Of a DNA stretch of 64,000 bases, positions 1-10,120 are shown one piece after another; the stretch's first letter is position 1, and each line of letters starts with the position of its first letter. The DNA is from Paramoeba atlantica (lineage: Eukaryota > Protista > Discosea): positions 682,001 to 746,000 of the forward strand of contig CDRNVI010000021.1 in the NCBI GenBank assembly GCA_977017575.1, read 5' to 3'. The position numbers were made by a program, and so were the translations under genes. Below the pieces are notes generated by a model. It did no database searches, was not told the DNA's origin, and was given only the letters and a program-made list of their open reading frames with translations.

Positions 1-450
1 TGTCTCAGACAACTTACCACCTCTTTACACAGCCGGAGGGGTGCACTGCAACCGACCGTTGCATCGGGGTAAGGCGAGGCAGAGCCACGCCCAGTGGCCT
101 TCAAGGAGGGACACAGATGGCGCACAAACACCGATGAACAAAGGTTATTGGTGCACACGTCGGTGAAGACGACGCCGTCATACCAGGATTTTAAACAACA
201 GTCCGGTTTAACGTTCCGGGGGGAAATGATAACGGTTACAGGAATGCTACGTAGCTGCAGGAATGATAACTTTTGAAGATTGTCTTGAGTTTACCGTACG
301 ATTCGTCGACGCAACGGGTTGGTAGCAGCACGTTGTTGCCGCCTTGTACTAACGAAAACAGGTAGAGGACTTCGGCCTCGAAACTTCCAAATCTATCTGT
401 GAAGGGTCTGGCTTGCCAGTGACCGATCGGAGCTATCCGGAATGATTTAG
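1..450 (+). mobile_element. 3' end of a non-LTR retroelement (probable LINE, or another SINE-like family) whose last ~156 bp match the 3' tail of SINE-A
   Basis: 295-450 aligns by eye with 63093-63248 and, inverted, with ~58911-59065 (shared blocks GGTAGAGGAC.TCGGCCTCG, AACTTCCAAATCT.TCTGTGAAGGG.CTGGCTTGCCAGTGACC, CCGGAATGATTT). Upstream of 295 the sequence differs from the SINE. Frame 3 reads SQTTYHLFTQPEGC, loosely like the C-terminal HLFxxC zinc knuckle of LINE ORFs (weak). Confidence 0.6.
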
Positions 451-1031
451 TATGTTGAACCATTTCTAATTCAGAACGATTTTCTTCCGTGTCAGTTTCA
501 TCATCATGTCAGTTTGATCATAAAGTTGCGCCACACTGTTTTGTAGTTCTAAAATATAAATTGGTGTTCAATGGGTTATGTTCTGCGACATCATTTAAAT
601 TTCACGATGTAAGAAATTTTCATGGGGGGGGGAAGTTAAAAGCCCATGGGACATTGTAGACAAGCTAAACGAAACATAAAATATAGAATGTGCAACACGA
701 GGTATTACAACACTCAAGAAAAGGAAATTACGCCCAATGTCGATAGCATAGTGTACTTCAATAACTTGAGGATTTTCGAGAGAACTATAAATTGATCGAA
801 CTTTAAATCATTTATTCACCCCCCTTACTTCACCACCCCCCTTACTTCACCACAAAGTACGGGTCTTGGGCCAAAAAGTGGGGGCTAAATAAGGGGGTGG
901 TAACGTAATTTATTTTTATTAACGTTGCATAGCTTCGACAATAACTATACATACTGTACATGTATTTTGAACAATTTTTGGTGGGATTGTAAGGACTTTC
1001 AAGCATGTGAGCCGTGCTCTGTGAGGTCATA

Positions 1032-2549
1032 ATGTCGGCAAAGGCTTCTATTCCTACATCTGAGAATTCGTTGTGCATGACTTCCTCTACATTTCACCTT
1101 CGACAGAAGGTCCTAGCGCGGCAAAAAGGCTGTGAAATTTGGAAAAATGCTGTAATATGTGATAAATCTGTTCGCGACGGAGGAGTGGCTTGGTATTATG
1201 TGCACTGGCTGGACCAAAACCGAAGAATGGACGAGTGGGTTACGCAAGATCGACTTCGAGTTTCTGGCAACGCTCGACGTTTGCGTTTTTCTCCCGATTT
1301 AGAGTTGCTAAACGCTCCTTCCATGATCACACGTCGCCGAAGTAAAACTCTGAACGTGGAGAAAATACAAACCCCCGCTTATAGTCAGCCTTTGAAGAAA
1401 GAGACGTACCGACTTCCTAAACCACCTGTCCGCCCGCGTTACGATGACCGCGCCAAAAATGTTGCTTTGGTTCATTTTGGGGACTGGATACTTGAATCTT
1501 GGTATTACTCCCCTTACCCTCTATTACATCCCTCTATTGTGCCTTCTCACAGTACAGACTCAACCAAGGAGGGGGGGCGCAAAGTTTTTCGAAACTTTTT
1601 TAAACTTCAAGAACCAACAAATCTAAATATGTATGAAAATTCGGATACATGTGAAACACCATCACTACATAATTACGCTACCAACCCACCATTGTCCGTG
1701 GTAGGTAATCACTTGCCTCAACTATACATCTGTGAAAAGTGTTTAAAAGCCCACCTATCGGCTAGCGAACTGGAGGAATACCACACACCATACTGCACAT
1801 TTCAACATCCCCCGGGGAATGAAATCTATCGCGACACCGTACAGAATATACTCGTCTTCGAGGTCGACGGCGTCTCGCAACCTCACTACTGTGAGCGCCT
1901 GTGTCTACTCTCGCGCTTGTTTCTTGAGCACAAATGTGTGGAGTGGGACACCAGTCCTTTTCTTTTTTATATTCTAGCCCACGTGGACACTCACGGTCTC
2001 CATTTTTTGGGGTACTTTGCAAAAGAAAAGAACTCCCCGGAGAGCTATAATCTATCTTGTATTTTGATTCTGCCGCCGTACCAGTGCCGCGGATTTGGTC
2101 GATTCCTGATTGAGCTCAGCTACGCCCTTTCGAAGAGAGAAGGAGTCATCGGGACTCCAGAACGTCCTCTCAGTGATCTTGGATTGCGTAGCTACAGAAG
2201 TTATTGGCGGGATACTATTCTTGACCTTATTTTACTATGGGATGCGAACGATACAATGGACGTATCATTAAATTTTCTTGAGCGCGAAACTGGAATTTCT
2301 GTCAGAGATATCGTAGAAACGCTGCGATACTACGGTGTGATGGATCGCCCGGGAAGTGGGAAACTTTACCTTTCCGACAAGCTCCGACACGACCACTTCC
2401 GACGCAAAGCACTGCGTAGACTCAAGGAGAAAGACCACGCTTACTTTGACGCCTTTCTTGTTAACTTGCCCCAGAATGATCATCTAATCGAGATTGCAGA
2501 GCAAGATTACTTGTCCTACAGGTCTCCTGTGAAGAAACTCCACCTGTGA
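1032..2549 (+). CDS. MYST-family histone acetyltransferase with N-terminal chromo-barrel (Esa1/Tip60/MOF-like)
   Basis: YYVHWLDQNRRMDEWV chromo-barrel, ESWYYSPYP, C2HC finger LYICEKCLK, FEVDG, GYFAKEK, NLSCILILPPYQCRGFGRFLIELSYALSKREG, GTPERPLSDLG. First ATG at 1032. Confidence 0.95.
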   Translation: MSAKASIPTSENSLCMTSSTFHLRQKVLARQKGCEIWKNAVICDKSVRDGGVAWYYVHWLDQNRRMDEWVTQDRLRVSGNARRLRFSPDLELLNAPSMITRRRSKTLNVEKIQTPAYSQPLKKETYRLPKPPVRPRYDDRAKNVALVHFGDWILESWYYSPYPLLHPSIVPSHSTDSTKEGGRKVFRNFFKLQEPTNLNMYENSDTCETPSLHNYATNPPLSVVGNHLPQLYICEKCLKAHLSASELEEYHTPYCTFQHPPGNEIYRDTVQNILVFEVDGVSQPHYCERLCLLSRLFLEHKCVEWDTSPFLFYILAHVDTHGLHFLGYFAKEKNSPESYNLSCILILPPYQCRGFGRFLIELSYALSKREGVIGTPERPLSDLGLRSYRSYWRDTILDLILLWDANDTMDVSLNFLERETGISVRDIVETLRYYGVMDRPGSGKLYLSDKLRHDHFRRKALRRLKEKDHAYFDAFLVNLPQNDHLIEIAEQDYLSYRSPVKKLHL

Positions 2550-2840
2550 GTAAACTCATGAAAACAAACTTACTTTAGAAGTCCCTTCCTGAGTGGAGGG
2601 TCAATGTGCAATTCTTGTTTCACTTACAAGTCTCTTCTCGGCGACCTCTCTTATACAGTGTACGAGTGTATGAGCAGTAAGAAAGTGTCATTCAAAAACT
2701 TTGCGCGCTTCTCCTTTTCTTATAATCTTTTTATTACATGATAAAAATTGCTATAGCCTACAAAGAGCAGCCAACTATGAGCGTACTAGTCGACGATTCG
2801 GTTCTTTTTCTTTGGTTTACCTTTTTCCACACACGTATTC

Positions 2841-3713
2841 ATGACGTTTGATACCGATACGGAATACGCCAAAGCAGAAGAATTAGTGATGGAACTCGAA
2901 AGCGAAGGCACGGAGGATTGGTCCTGTGGTGTTTTCGCCGATCGCATGTTGCAAGAGCCCTTCGCACGGCGTGTACTTCATTTCTTTCCCATGTTCTCGA
3001 GGTATCAACAGGCAAGATTGTTACTCTCTCTTGTGTACAACCCACCCCGACACGGGGACAAAATTCCACACTCTACACATGAACTTATACGACGTCATCG
3101 AACAGAAACCGTTCATATGAAAGGCGATGCATCAGCAAGGGAAGAACATGCAATACTTGATACCGATCAAAAACAGAAAGCAGATGTGAAAGAACAGGAG
3201 GAAAAAACAGTGCCGTTCCCTGGATTTGAAGTCACACGGAAGCTACCCGATTCTTTACCCACTGTTGTAGATCCGCTGGTGCAATGGGCAGCGGATATCG
3301 CCCATCAAGTTCTTGTTTTTCGAGGTCCACTCTGGCCAATGGAGAGCGATTTGATGGAATTTTCTCGACGCTTGATTAAAGGCTACGGCAGTGCTGAGAC
3401 GACAAAGTCGTTTTCCACGCTTCATGTGCACCATTCTGATGCACCTTTATTCAGCGATGAAAGATTTTCCTTTCACAAGGATTTAATACAAAACCCGAGC
3501 AGTATAGAAACTTCTTCTATCGAATATGGAGGTTGTTCAAAAGTACAGCAATTAATACAGGCTTCTCCGTCAAGCAATGAAGCCGAAGCCTTAGATTTAG
3601 AGGGCGAAGTTATGCGTCATCTGCGATGTAAGGATATATCCTCATGTACATGTTGTTATCACTGTCTTCAAGAGGTTCGGGATCATTGTAGCTTTTTGGA
3701 GGATCCATCTTAG
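2841..3713 (+). CDS. Hypothetical 290-aa protein; N-terminus resembles NELF-A
   Basis: Open ATG-initiated ORF preceded by a polypyrimidine tract. The pattern EDWS..FADRML....RRVLHFF.......RLLLSL..PPR and DPLVQWAADIA is similar to the NELF-A N-terminus as recalled. Confidence 0.75.
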   Translation: MTFDTDTEYAKAEELVMELESEGTEDWSCGVFADRMLQEPFARRVLHFFPMFSRYQQARLLLSLVYNPPRHGDKIPHSTHELIRRHRTETVHMKGDASAREEHAILDTDQKQKADVKEQEEKTVPFPGFEVTRKLPDSLPTVVDPLVQWAADIAHQVLVFRGPLWPMESDLMEFSRRLIKGYGSAETTKSFSTLHVHHSDAPLFSDERFSFHKDLIQNPSSIETSSIEYGGCSKVQQLIQASPSSNEAEALDLEGEVMRHLRCKDISSCTCCYHCLQEVRDHCSFLEDPS

Positions 3714-3906
3714 GGAAAATTACTTGCCCAATTTACATCCACAGCATAACCGATACACGCAAATGCGATCGTCTACTTCAATTTTTTAATCACAGACGCG
3801 AAAACAAGTTTTTCATACATACACGTATCTACAAATGTAGAATACAAATGTACCTACAAATTTTTAACATTGATTTGCACTAATTCAATTATTTAAATGC
3901 CCACTA

Positions 3907-4599
3907 ATGAAATATACACGAAACATTCTTTTACGGTTCATTGTCTCTGTCGACAGTCCTGCACGCGCTTCTGCAAACCTTGGTAAGGTTCGCGGCGTAT
4001 CGCTTCCTCAAGAATATGATCTTGCTCGACTTATCGCTGAGGTTCATATGGGCTATACCACATGGACTAGTAAGACTCCAGCCTGCTCCTGGAAAGGTGT
4101 TAAATGCAATAAAGATGGTAACGTTGTAGATATTTATTGGTCGGGTTGCGATGACTTTATGAAGGGATTTCTACGGTGGGAATCTATTCCCACTACTGTG
4201 CTTCACTTCTCCGTCGCTGATAATGAACTCTATGGTCCGCTCTCGATTCATGATTTGCCCCGTGCATTGGACACATTCGATGCAAGTTATAACGCCCTGC
4301 AGGGTTCGATTGATTTGTCTGCTCTCCCGCCAGAGTTGGATACTTTTAATGTTCAATGGAATTCCTTGTCCGGCAGCATTGCTTTTGCAAAGTTGCCGTC
4401 AACCTTGACTACTCTCAACTTGTCATCAAACCGGTTTAGTGGTGAAGTAGAATTCTCCTCTCTTCCAAAAAATGTTGCTGAGCTATATTTGGATAATAAT
4501 TCGGAGCTCTCAGGGACGGTACGGAGAAACACCTTACCAGACAGTTTGTTGTCTCGAAGTTGGACGAAGACACAGATTACAGATAACTTGGACGCCTGA
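3907..4599 (+). CDS. Short leucine-rich repeat protein with plant-type LRR N-cap
   Basis: TPACSWKGVKCN cap, then repeats such as LxxNxLxGxIxLxxLP; N-terminal KVRGVSLPQEYDL is shared with the 17370 and 31413 ORFs. Confidence 0.9.
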   Translation: MKYTRNILLRFIVSVDSPARASANLGKVRGVSLPQEYDLARLIAEVHMGYTTWTSKTPACSWKGVKCNKDGNVVDIYWSGCDDFMKGFLRWESIPTTVLHFSVADNELYGPLSIHDLPRALDTFDASYNALQGSIDLSALPPELDTFNVQWNSLSGSIAFAKLPSTLTTLNLSSNRFSGEVEFSSLPKNVAELYLDNNSELSGTVRRNTLPDSLLSRSWTKTQITDNLDA

Positions 4600-5373
4600 T
4601 GTACAAAGTGAAGGCATGAAGGCGCAAAAAAATGAACTAAAAGGTTTTTTTCTACCTTAGTGGGTAAGCAAAGAGAGAATCAACGTGTCAGTCGTGGTCG
4701 TGTTCAACATGATCATAAAAAAGTAGAGTTCTTCCTTATTTTTACGAGCATGATAGCGTGCAATGAAGTTGATAACTTTTCGAGAAAAAACAAATTTAGC
4801 TTTTTTGAAGGTATTTTATGAGATCGAAAATTGTTGTCTTCACAGTACTTCTAGTATACTTCCTTCTAGGATTCTTCCTTCTTCCTTCTAGTATACAGTG
4901 TACTTTCTTTTCGCATACAGTGCTCGTAAAAAATAATGTACGTAAAATTGCGTGACGTAAAAAATAATGTTTTTTTAATAATAGCCACTTTTTTTGGAAA
5001 TTTTTTCTTATGCCTTTTTTTGTGCACCCCTTTCTATGACTGACATCCGGTCACACCTTATTGTCGAAAGGTTTTTAAATAACTTATTTTCGGTCTGGAA
5101 TTTTCGAAGTATGCTATGTCTCATGTTTGGCGGTATTCTCTTTTTTAGTAGCAGTAGTTAGGTGTAGTCGGGTAATCGTTTTCTCAAGTCAGACATCTTT
5201 TTTTTCAGAAACACCATAAAAAATATTATATTTTTTTAAATAATGACCACAAATCGGTGGCCATTATTAAAAAATATATTATTTTTTACGAGCACTGCAC
5301 TCTTTTCGACGTCGCATACTTTTCGAACTCCCTACTATCCCAGAAAAGCCAAATTTTATATCTCGCTCACATA

Positions 5374-6747
5374 ATGTCGTCAGAGCAAGCGCCATCTTGC
5401 GTCACTTGCATTTCCTCTATTAATATTGCTCTTGTGAAGTATTGGGGAAAACAAAACACAGTTGAGGGAAAACAACTTCATCTTCCTCTGCATGATTCCC
5501 TCAGTATCACACTTTCTCATGCCCACATTCACACCGTAACTACAGTGTCTATTCTTCACGATACCGATACCACTAGTCATACAGATCCATCATCGGAATC
5601 CGCCAGCCCTGGTGTGCTTCAGCTTTCGGAAAATTCTCCTTCTTCTTTAAATAACATTCGTTTTATTTTCAATGATGTTGAAACATCACCTCTTCCGGAG
5701 CGTATCTCTTCAGTCCTTTCTCACCTCCGCAATAGCATGGCGCATCCATCTTTGCCCCCGCTTGAGATTCGCACAAAAAATAATTTCCCAACGGGCGCCG
5801 GGATGGCTTCCTCTGCCAGCGGGAGTGCCGCACTTGCGGGTGCGCTTAAAACGCTTTTTCCAACCAGCGAGGTGAATCTCTCCGCACTTGCTCGGATTGG
5901 GTCCGGCAGCGCATGTCGGAGTACGCTCGGGGGCTTTGTTCGCTGGGATGCCTCCGCGCAAGAGTTAGAAAACTGTGTGAGCCAAATTGCCGGAGAACAT
6001 GATTGGCCCGATTTAAACATTCTTGGTTTGGTTATTTCTCAAGACAGGAAAGGGTCGGGAAGCACACAAGGTATGCAACATTCCGTCAATACGTCCCGTT
6101 TGATAAAGGATCGGGAGCAGTTGATTGTGCCCCAACGAATGCGTAAGCTGTGTGCTGCTATTGAGCAGAGAGATTTTTCTACTCTTGCGGCCATTACGAT
6201 GGCTGAAAGTGATGACTTGCATGCATTGTGTCATACCTCTTGTCCTCCTCTGCACTATCTGCTGCCTGAATCCTACGCAGTCATGCGACTCATACGTTCC
6301 TATAATCAGTTCAAGCAATCACAATGCCGTGAATCAAGGGATGCACAGTCACAACAAACTAGACACAAGCAGCAGGTTTTCGCTGCTTATACGTTTGATG
6401 CTGGTCCAAATCCGTTTTTACTTTGTGAAAGTGTCAACTTAGTGGAAATTCTATTTTTGCTTCTATGTTATTTTGGTGATTTATCTGATGAAAGGCTATT
6501 GATAGACCCCTCATGCAGTGTGCTGGCGCTTACAGAGCTTTCCTTCAGTAGCCTGAAAAAAACTGACATTGCTACTGAAACATCAGTAGAAAAACACTTG
6601 CGGAATATTTTGGATCCCACAGTTGTCAAAAAATTAGAAAATATAGTCAACGATGTAAAGGACTCTAGCGAAGCTTTTTTAGAACCTTCTCCGCTGCTTT
6701 ATCTTTATCATTTCCTACCCGGATCTTCTCCCTTCATAAAGCTATAA
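5374..6747 (+). CDS. MVD: Diphosphomevalonate decarboxylase (GHMP family)
   Basis: NIALVKYWGK, NNFPTGAGMASSASGSAAL, LARIGSGSACRS..GGFVRW, STQGMQ.SV.TS, AYTFDAGPN. First ATG at 5374. Confidence 0.95.
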   Translation: MSSEQAPSCVTCISSINIALVKYWGKQNTVEGKQLHLPLHDSLSITLSHAHIHTVTTVSILHDTDTTSHTDPSSESASPGVLQLSENSPSSLNNIRFIFNDVETSPLPERISSVLSHLRNSMAHPSLPPLEIRTKNNFPTGAGMASSASGSAALAGALKTLFPTSEVNLSALARIGSGSACRSTLGGFVRWDASAQELENCVSQIAGEHDWPDLNILGLVISQDRKGSGSTQGMQHSVNTSRLIKDREQLIVPQRMRKLCAAIEQRDFSTLAAITMAESDDLHALCHTSCPPLHYLLPESYAVMRLIRSYNQFKQSQCRESRDAQSQQTRHKQQVFAAYTFDAGPNPFLLCESVNLVEILFLLLCYFGDLSDERLLIDPSCSVLALTELSFSSLKKTDIATETSVEKHLRNILDPTVVKKLENIVNDVKDSSEAFLEPSPLLYLYHFLPGSSPFIKL

Positions 6748-6957
6748 GATCTCTCAAAGATGCTTTTTCATATTGGTCTTAGCGCAACGCGCTTCCTTAT
6801 CGTCAGTCTTACTATTTACTGCTGTTAAGTCATACCGCCTGCAATTTGGAATTGCGTGATTGAATATGATATCAATCTCAACAATCAGGGCAGACGTTCT
6901 TATACAAATGTAAAGCTTTTTCTACACTCTTATTCTTATTTATTCTTTTGGTTTGTT

Positions 6958-8112
6958 ATGTTGCCAGTCATATTGGCAGTTATACTCACTTGCGCTGACT
7001 CCGCACGTGTTTCCGATTCAGATCCGTGGACTCGCCAAAAACTTGTGTCTTCCGTTAAGGAGTTTACTGATTCACTACTCTTAAAGAATCAGAATGGGAC
7101 AGTCAAGTTGAATTATCCGATTTATTCCGAAAAAGAAACAATAATTGAACCACACAACGAATATGTATCTCTCAAATGGAACAAAATACGAGTCGGTCCT
7201 GCAAAAACCGGTCCGTTCGACCAAATGCTTTCCGGGTCCCCTCAATGGCGTGAACTTCCACGCACGACGAAACTCATCCATATTGCGAATAGCGACCTCA
7301 ACGGAACGATTACTTTTCCTACCCTAACTATCCTCAGTGACCTTGACATCTCTAATAATAAGCTTTCTGGAAGTGCAGATTTCCTTTCTCAAGCTCCAAA
7401 TTTAGTGCACGCCAATCTTAGCAATAACACATTCAGCGGATCTCTTCACACATCCACCCTGCCCAACACGCTCATCACTTTTAACATCTCCAAGAATCGA
7501 TTCAGCGGACCTCTGGATATGACATCCTTACCGCAAAGTCTTGAAGTCCTTGATCTAAGTAACAATGATTTTCACGGAAGTATTGTCTTAGATCGCCTCC
7601 CATGTCGACTCACGACGCTACTGCTCTTTTTCAATAACTTGAGCGGGCCCCTCGACCTTACTCATCTTTCCCATGATTTTTTATTTAATACAACGCGCCA
7701 ATGTTGTGTACCGCCGTGCAAGACTCAAAGCGGAAAGTTCGTAAGCATTCCTCAGTGTTTAAAATTGCTGGACGTCAGTCATAACGAATTTGAGGGAGAC
7801 CTGAACGTGCAGAACGTTCCATCTTCTCTTCAAGAACTTGATCTTAGCTACAATCGGTTCAGTGGAGAGCCATTACTGCCTAAGACAAAGTTGGCCCTTG
7901 TCAAGTTAGACATGAGTCATAACAGATTGTATGGGAATGCCCGTTTGATTGCATGTGGTGAGGAAATGGAAGTCAACCTCTCGTACAATTTCTTTTCTGG
8001 ATTTTTAATTCCACCGCGCGAGCCTGATGCAAACAAAATGTTGTATCCACAGAAACCCGAAACTGACTTGTTACTTGCTTTCAAGCGTAATCAAGGAGAA
8101 GAAGAGTCATAA
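6958..8112 (+). CDS. Secreted or surface leucine-rich repeat protein
   Basis: Hydrophobic N-terminus MLPVILAVILTCADS (signal-like), then about 10 LxxLDLSxNxFxG repeats. Confidence 0.88.
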   Translation: MLPVILAVILTCADSARVSDSDPWTRQKLVSSVKEFTDSLLLKNQNGTVKLNYPIYSEKETIIEPHNEYVSLKWNKIRVGPAKTGPFDQMLSGSPQWRELPRTTKLIHIANSDLNGTITFPTLTILSDLDISNNKLSGSADFLSQAPNLVHANLSNNTFSGSLHTSTLPNTLITFNISKNRFSGPLDMTSLPQSLEVLDLSNNDFHGSIVLDRLPCRLTTLLLFFNNLSGPLDLTHLSHDFLFNTTRQCCVPPCKTQSGKFVSIPQCLKLLDVSHNEFEGDLNVQNVPSSLQELDLSYNRFSGEPLLPKTKLALVKLDMSHNRLYGNARLIACGEEMEVNLSYNFFSGFLIPPREPDANKMLYPQKPETDLLLAFKRNQGEEES

Positions 8113-8554
8113 TCCTTGTAGTTTCTGCGTGTTTTCTTGTTTATAAGAATTATTCAAACATGAGATAAATTATTTTATCTTGCCGCTTTATCAATTCTAT
8201 CGCGCATAAAATTAAATACTGGTAGTAAAAGGATATTTGTCGGGTTTTTCTCGGTTTCTTATAGCTTTTTTCTTTATCGTAATGCTTACTGTATAGTAAT
8301 TCTTGCCCGAAAGAGTTTTTATAATTCGTATTTTGGTGATATTCTGCGAGCTATTTGATCGCAAAATACATTCCTATCTCTTGTCCAATATCTTCGTGGA
8401 CTTGCCCAATCGTTAAACAATAAAACCTTTTTATTCTTTTTCTTTCTTTTTATTAAAAGGAATGATACTACCATACGCTTTTTAGAAAAAAGAATGTTCT
8501 CTACAATGAATTAAAGAATTTGTGTTCCTTAGATTATCTTTTCTATTCGTTATC

Positions 8555-9793
8555 ATGTCTTACATTGCGCACGACCCTCAGGAGCTGCTTGACCACAATG
8601 AAACGTGGCTCGCACTTCAAGATGTTCCATTGCATAGCAAGGATGGGCATCTTGTTGACAAAGAGGACGTTTTGGAATGTCCAGAACTCGTAGAAAAGGA
8701 GAAGCAAGCCCATATGCTTCGCCAGCGTCAGTTACAGATCAAAGCTCACGGGGCCCCATCGCCAGAGTTTTACGCTGACAACACCGATGAGTCCATTCTT
8801 CCCGAGGTTCTGGGCGCTACCACCGATTTTGAGCAATCTCGAAAAAGGTATCGAATCAACGCTCCAAAAACAGATACTGTTCCGGAAACTTCGTGGGATC
8901 GATATCTTGCGCGACAACAGTCATCTTCAAAAACGACAAGACTAGTTGCGCAGCGAAGCGGAGAGTCCTACGCTGTGCAAGCGGATTACATTCCGCAAGA
9001 TGCTGAGGATTCGGATTCGCTTTTTAAAGATGAAATAGATACGATTGATTCACAATCGAATATCCCGCGTCGTACATTATCTTTCGTGGAACGGCAAACA
9101 ATGAAGAACCCGGAGGAATTTGCAAATTCATCTCGCGTACGCATCTCATCTGAAAAAGTTGACCGCATTCCGGTGGATCACCCGACAGATCGAATATCTA
9201 TTCCAGGAAGTCGACCCACGCACTTACAACCCTCGATGTTCTCCCGCAGCTTTCTTTCAATACCCAAAGAAGAGCGATTGAAAAGGTATCATGATGCCAA
9301 AGAACGTGCTCAGGCATTGCGAGGTCACATGAATGTACGTAAACCCGCATCGGATCAACAATCTTTTACTTCTTCACAACGCACAAGAAAACGTTATGAT
9401 GAAAAGGTTATTTCGAGTGGTGCAAATGTCAAAACCGAGACGGCGACGGAAAATACGCCGAATTCTTTTCTTGAATTTTATTTGAACCGCATTAAAACCG
9501 AACAACCTTCAACTTTGAAGCAGGAGTCTACCACTTACGCATCACAAATTGAAATAAAAAAGGAAATCGCTTCCGAGGGCAAAGAAAGTTCTAATCGTAT
9601 TGCATCTGCAACTGGTAACGCACCGGGTTTGGCACCGGATTATATGGAGGCACTACGTAAATCTACTGCTCAACCAACAAATACAAAATCCGATAAAGAA
9701 GAAAAATTCAGCAATGCACCTCAAGGTCGCGAGCACGTTGGAATATTTTCAATACTACAGTCCATTGATGACATTCCTCTAGAAGACAATTGA
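8555..9793 (+). CDS. Hypothetical hydrophilic protein (~412 aa)
   Basis: Long open ORF on the cluster strand, first ATG at 8555; no motif recognised. Confidence 0.75.
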   Translation: MSYIAHDPQELLDHNETWLALQDVPLHSKDGHLVDKEDVLECPELVEKEKQAHMLRQRQLQIKAHGAPSPEFYADNTDESILPEVLGATTDFEQSRKRYRINAPKTDTVPETSWDRYLARQQSSSKTTRLVAQRSGESYAVQADYIPQDAEDSDSLFKDEIDTIDSQSNIPRRTLSFVERQTMKNPEEFANSSRVRISSEKVDRIPVDHPTDRISIPGSRPTHLQPSMFSRSFLSIPKEERLKRYHDAKERAQALRGHMNVRKPASDQQSFTSSQRTRKRYDEKVISSGANVKTETATENTPNSFLEFYLNRIKTEQPSTLKQESTTYASQIEIKKEIASEGKESSNRIASATGNAPGLAPDYMEALRKSTAQPTNTKSDKEEKFSNAPQGREHVGIFSILQSIDDIPLEDN

Positions 9794-10120
9794 GTCTTTA
9801 CGAATTCCCATTATACTTAAGAATTTCTCTTGCGCAGAAGAAATTGTAAAAACAGATTGTTCTAATAGTCTTATAGAAATGAACGGCTGCGGGTGGAACC
9901 TCGCCACCAGTATCCCCTCGAATGTATTCGACGACACAAAATGATACGAAATTTACTTTTCAACTTTACATGCTCTTCGCAATGTGTTTTTCCTATGTAC
10001 TAAAAGCAGTGCACTATCGCCATATCCCTACAACACCTTCCCATCCTTTGTTCCCATGAGCAACGCAACCACGCATCCCTCCGTCACTCCCCCCTGTAAT
10101 CCCCTTCCCTCCCACCTCCT

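Noticed and set aside
817-902. Small duplicated C-rich unit with an imperfect inverted partner (CCACCCCCCTTA / TAAGGGGGTGG)
   Set aside because: Arms are about 11 bp, with no clear TSD or second copy; too weak to call an element.
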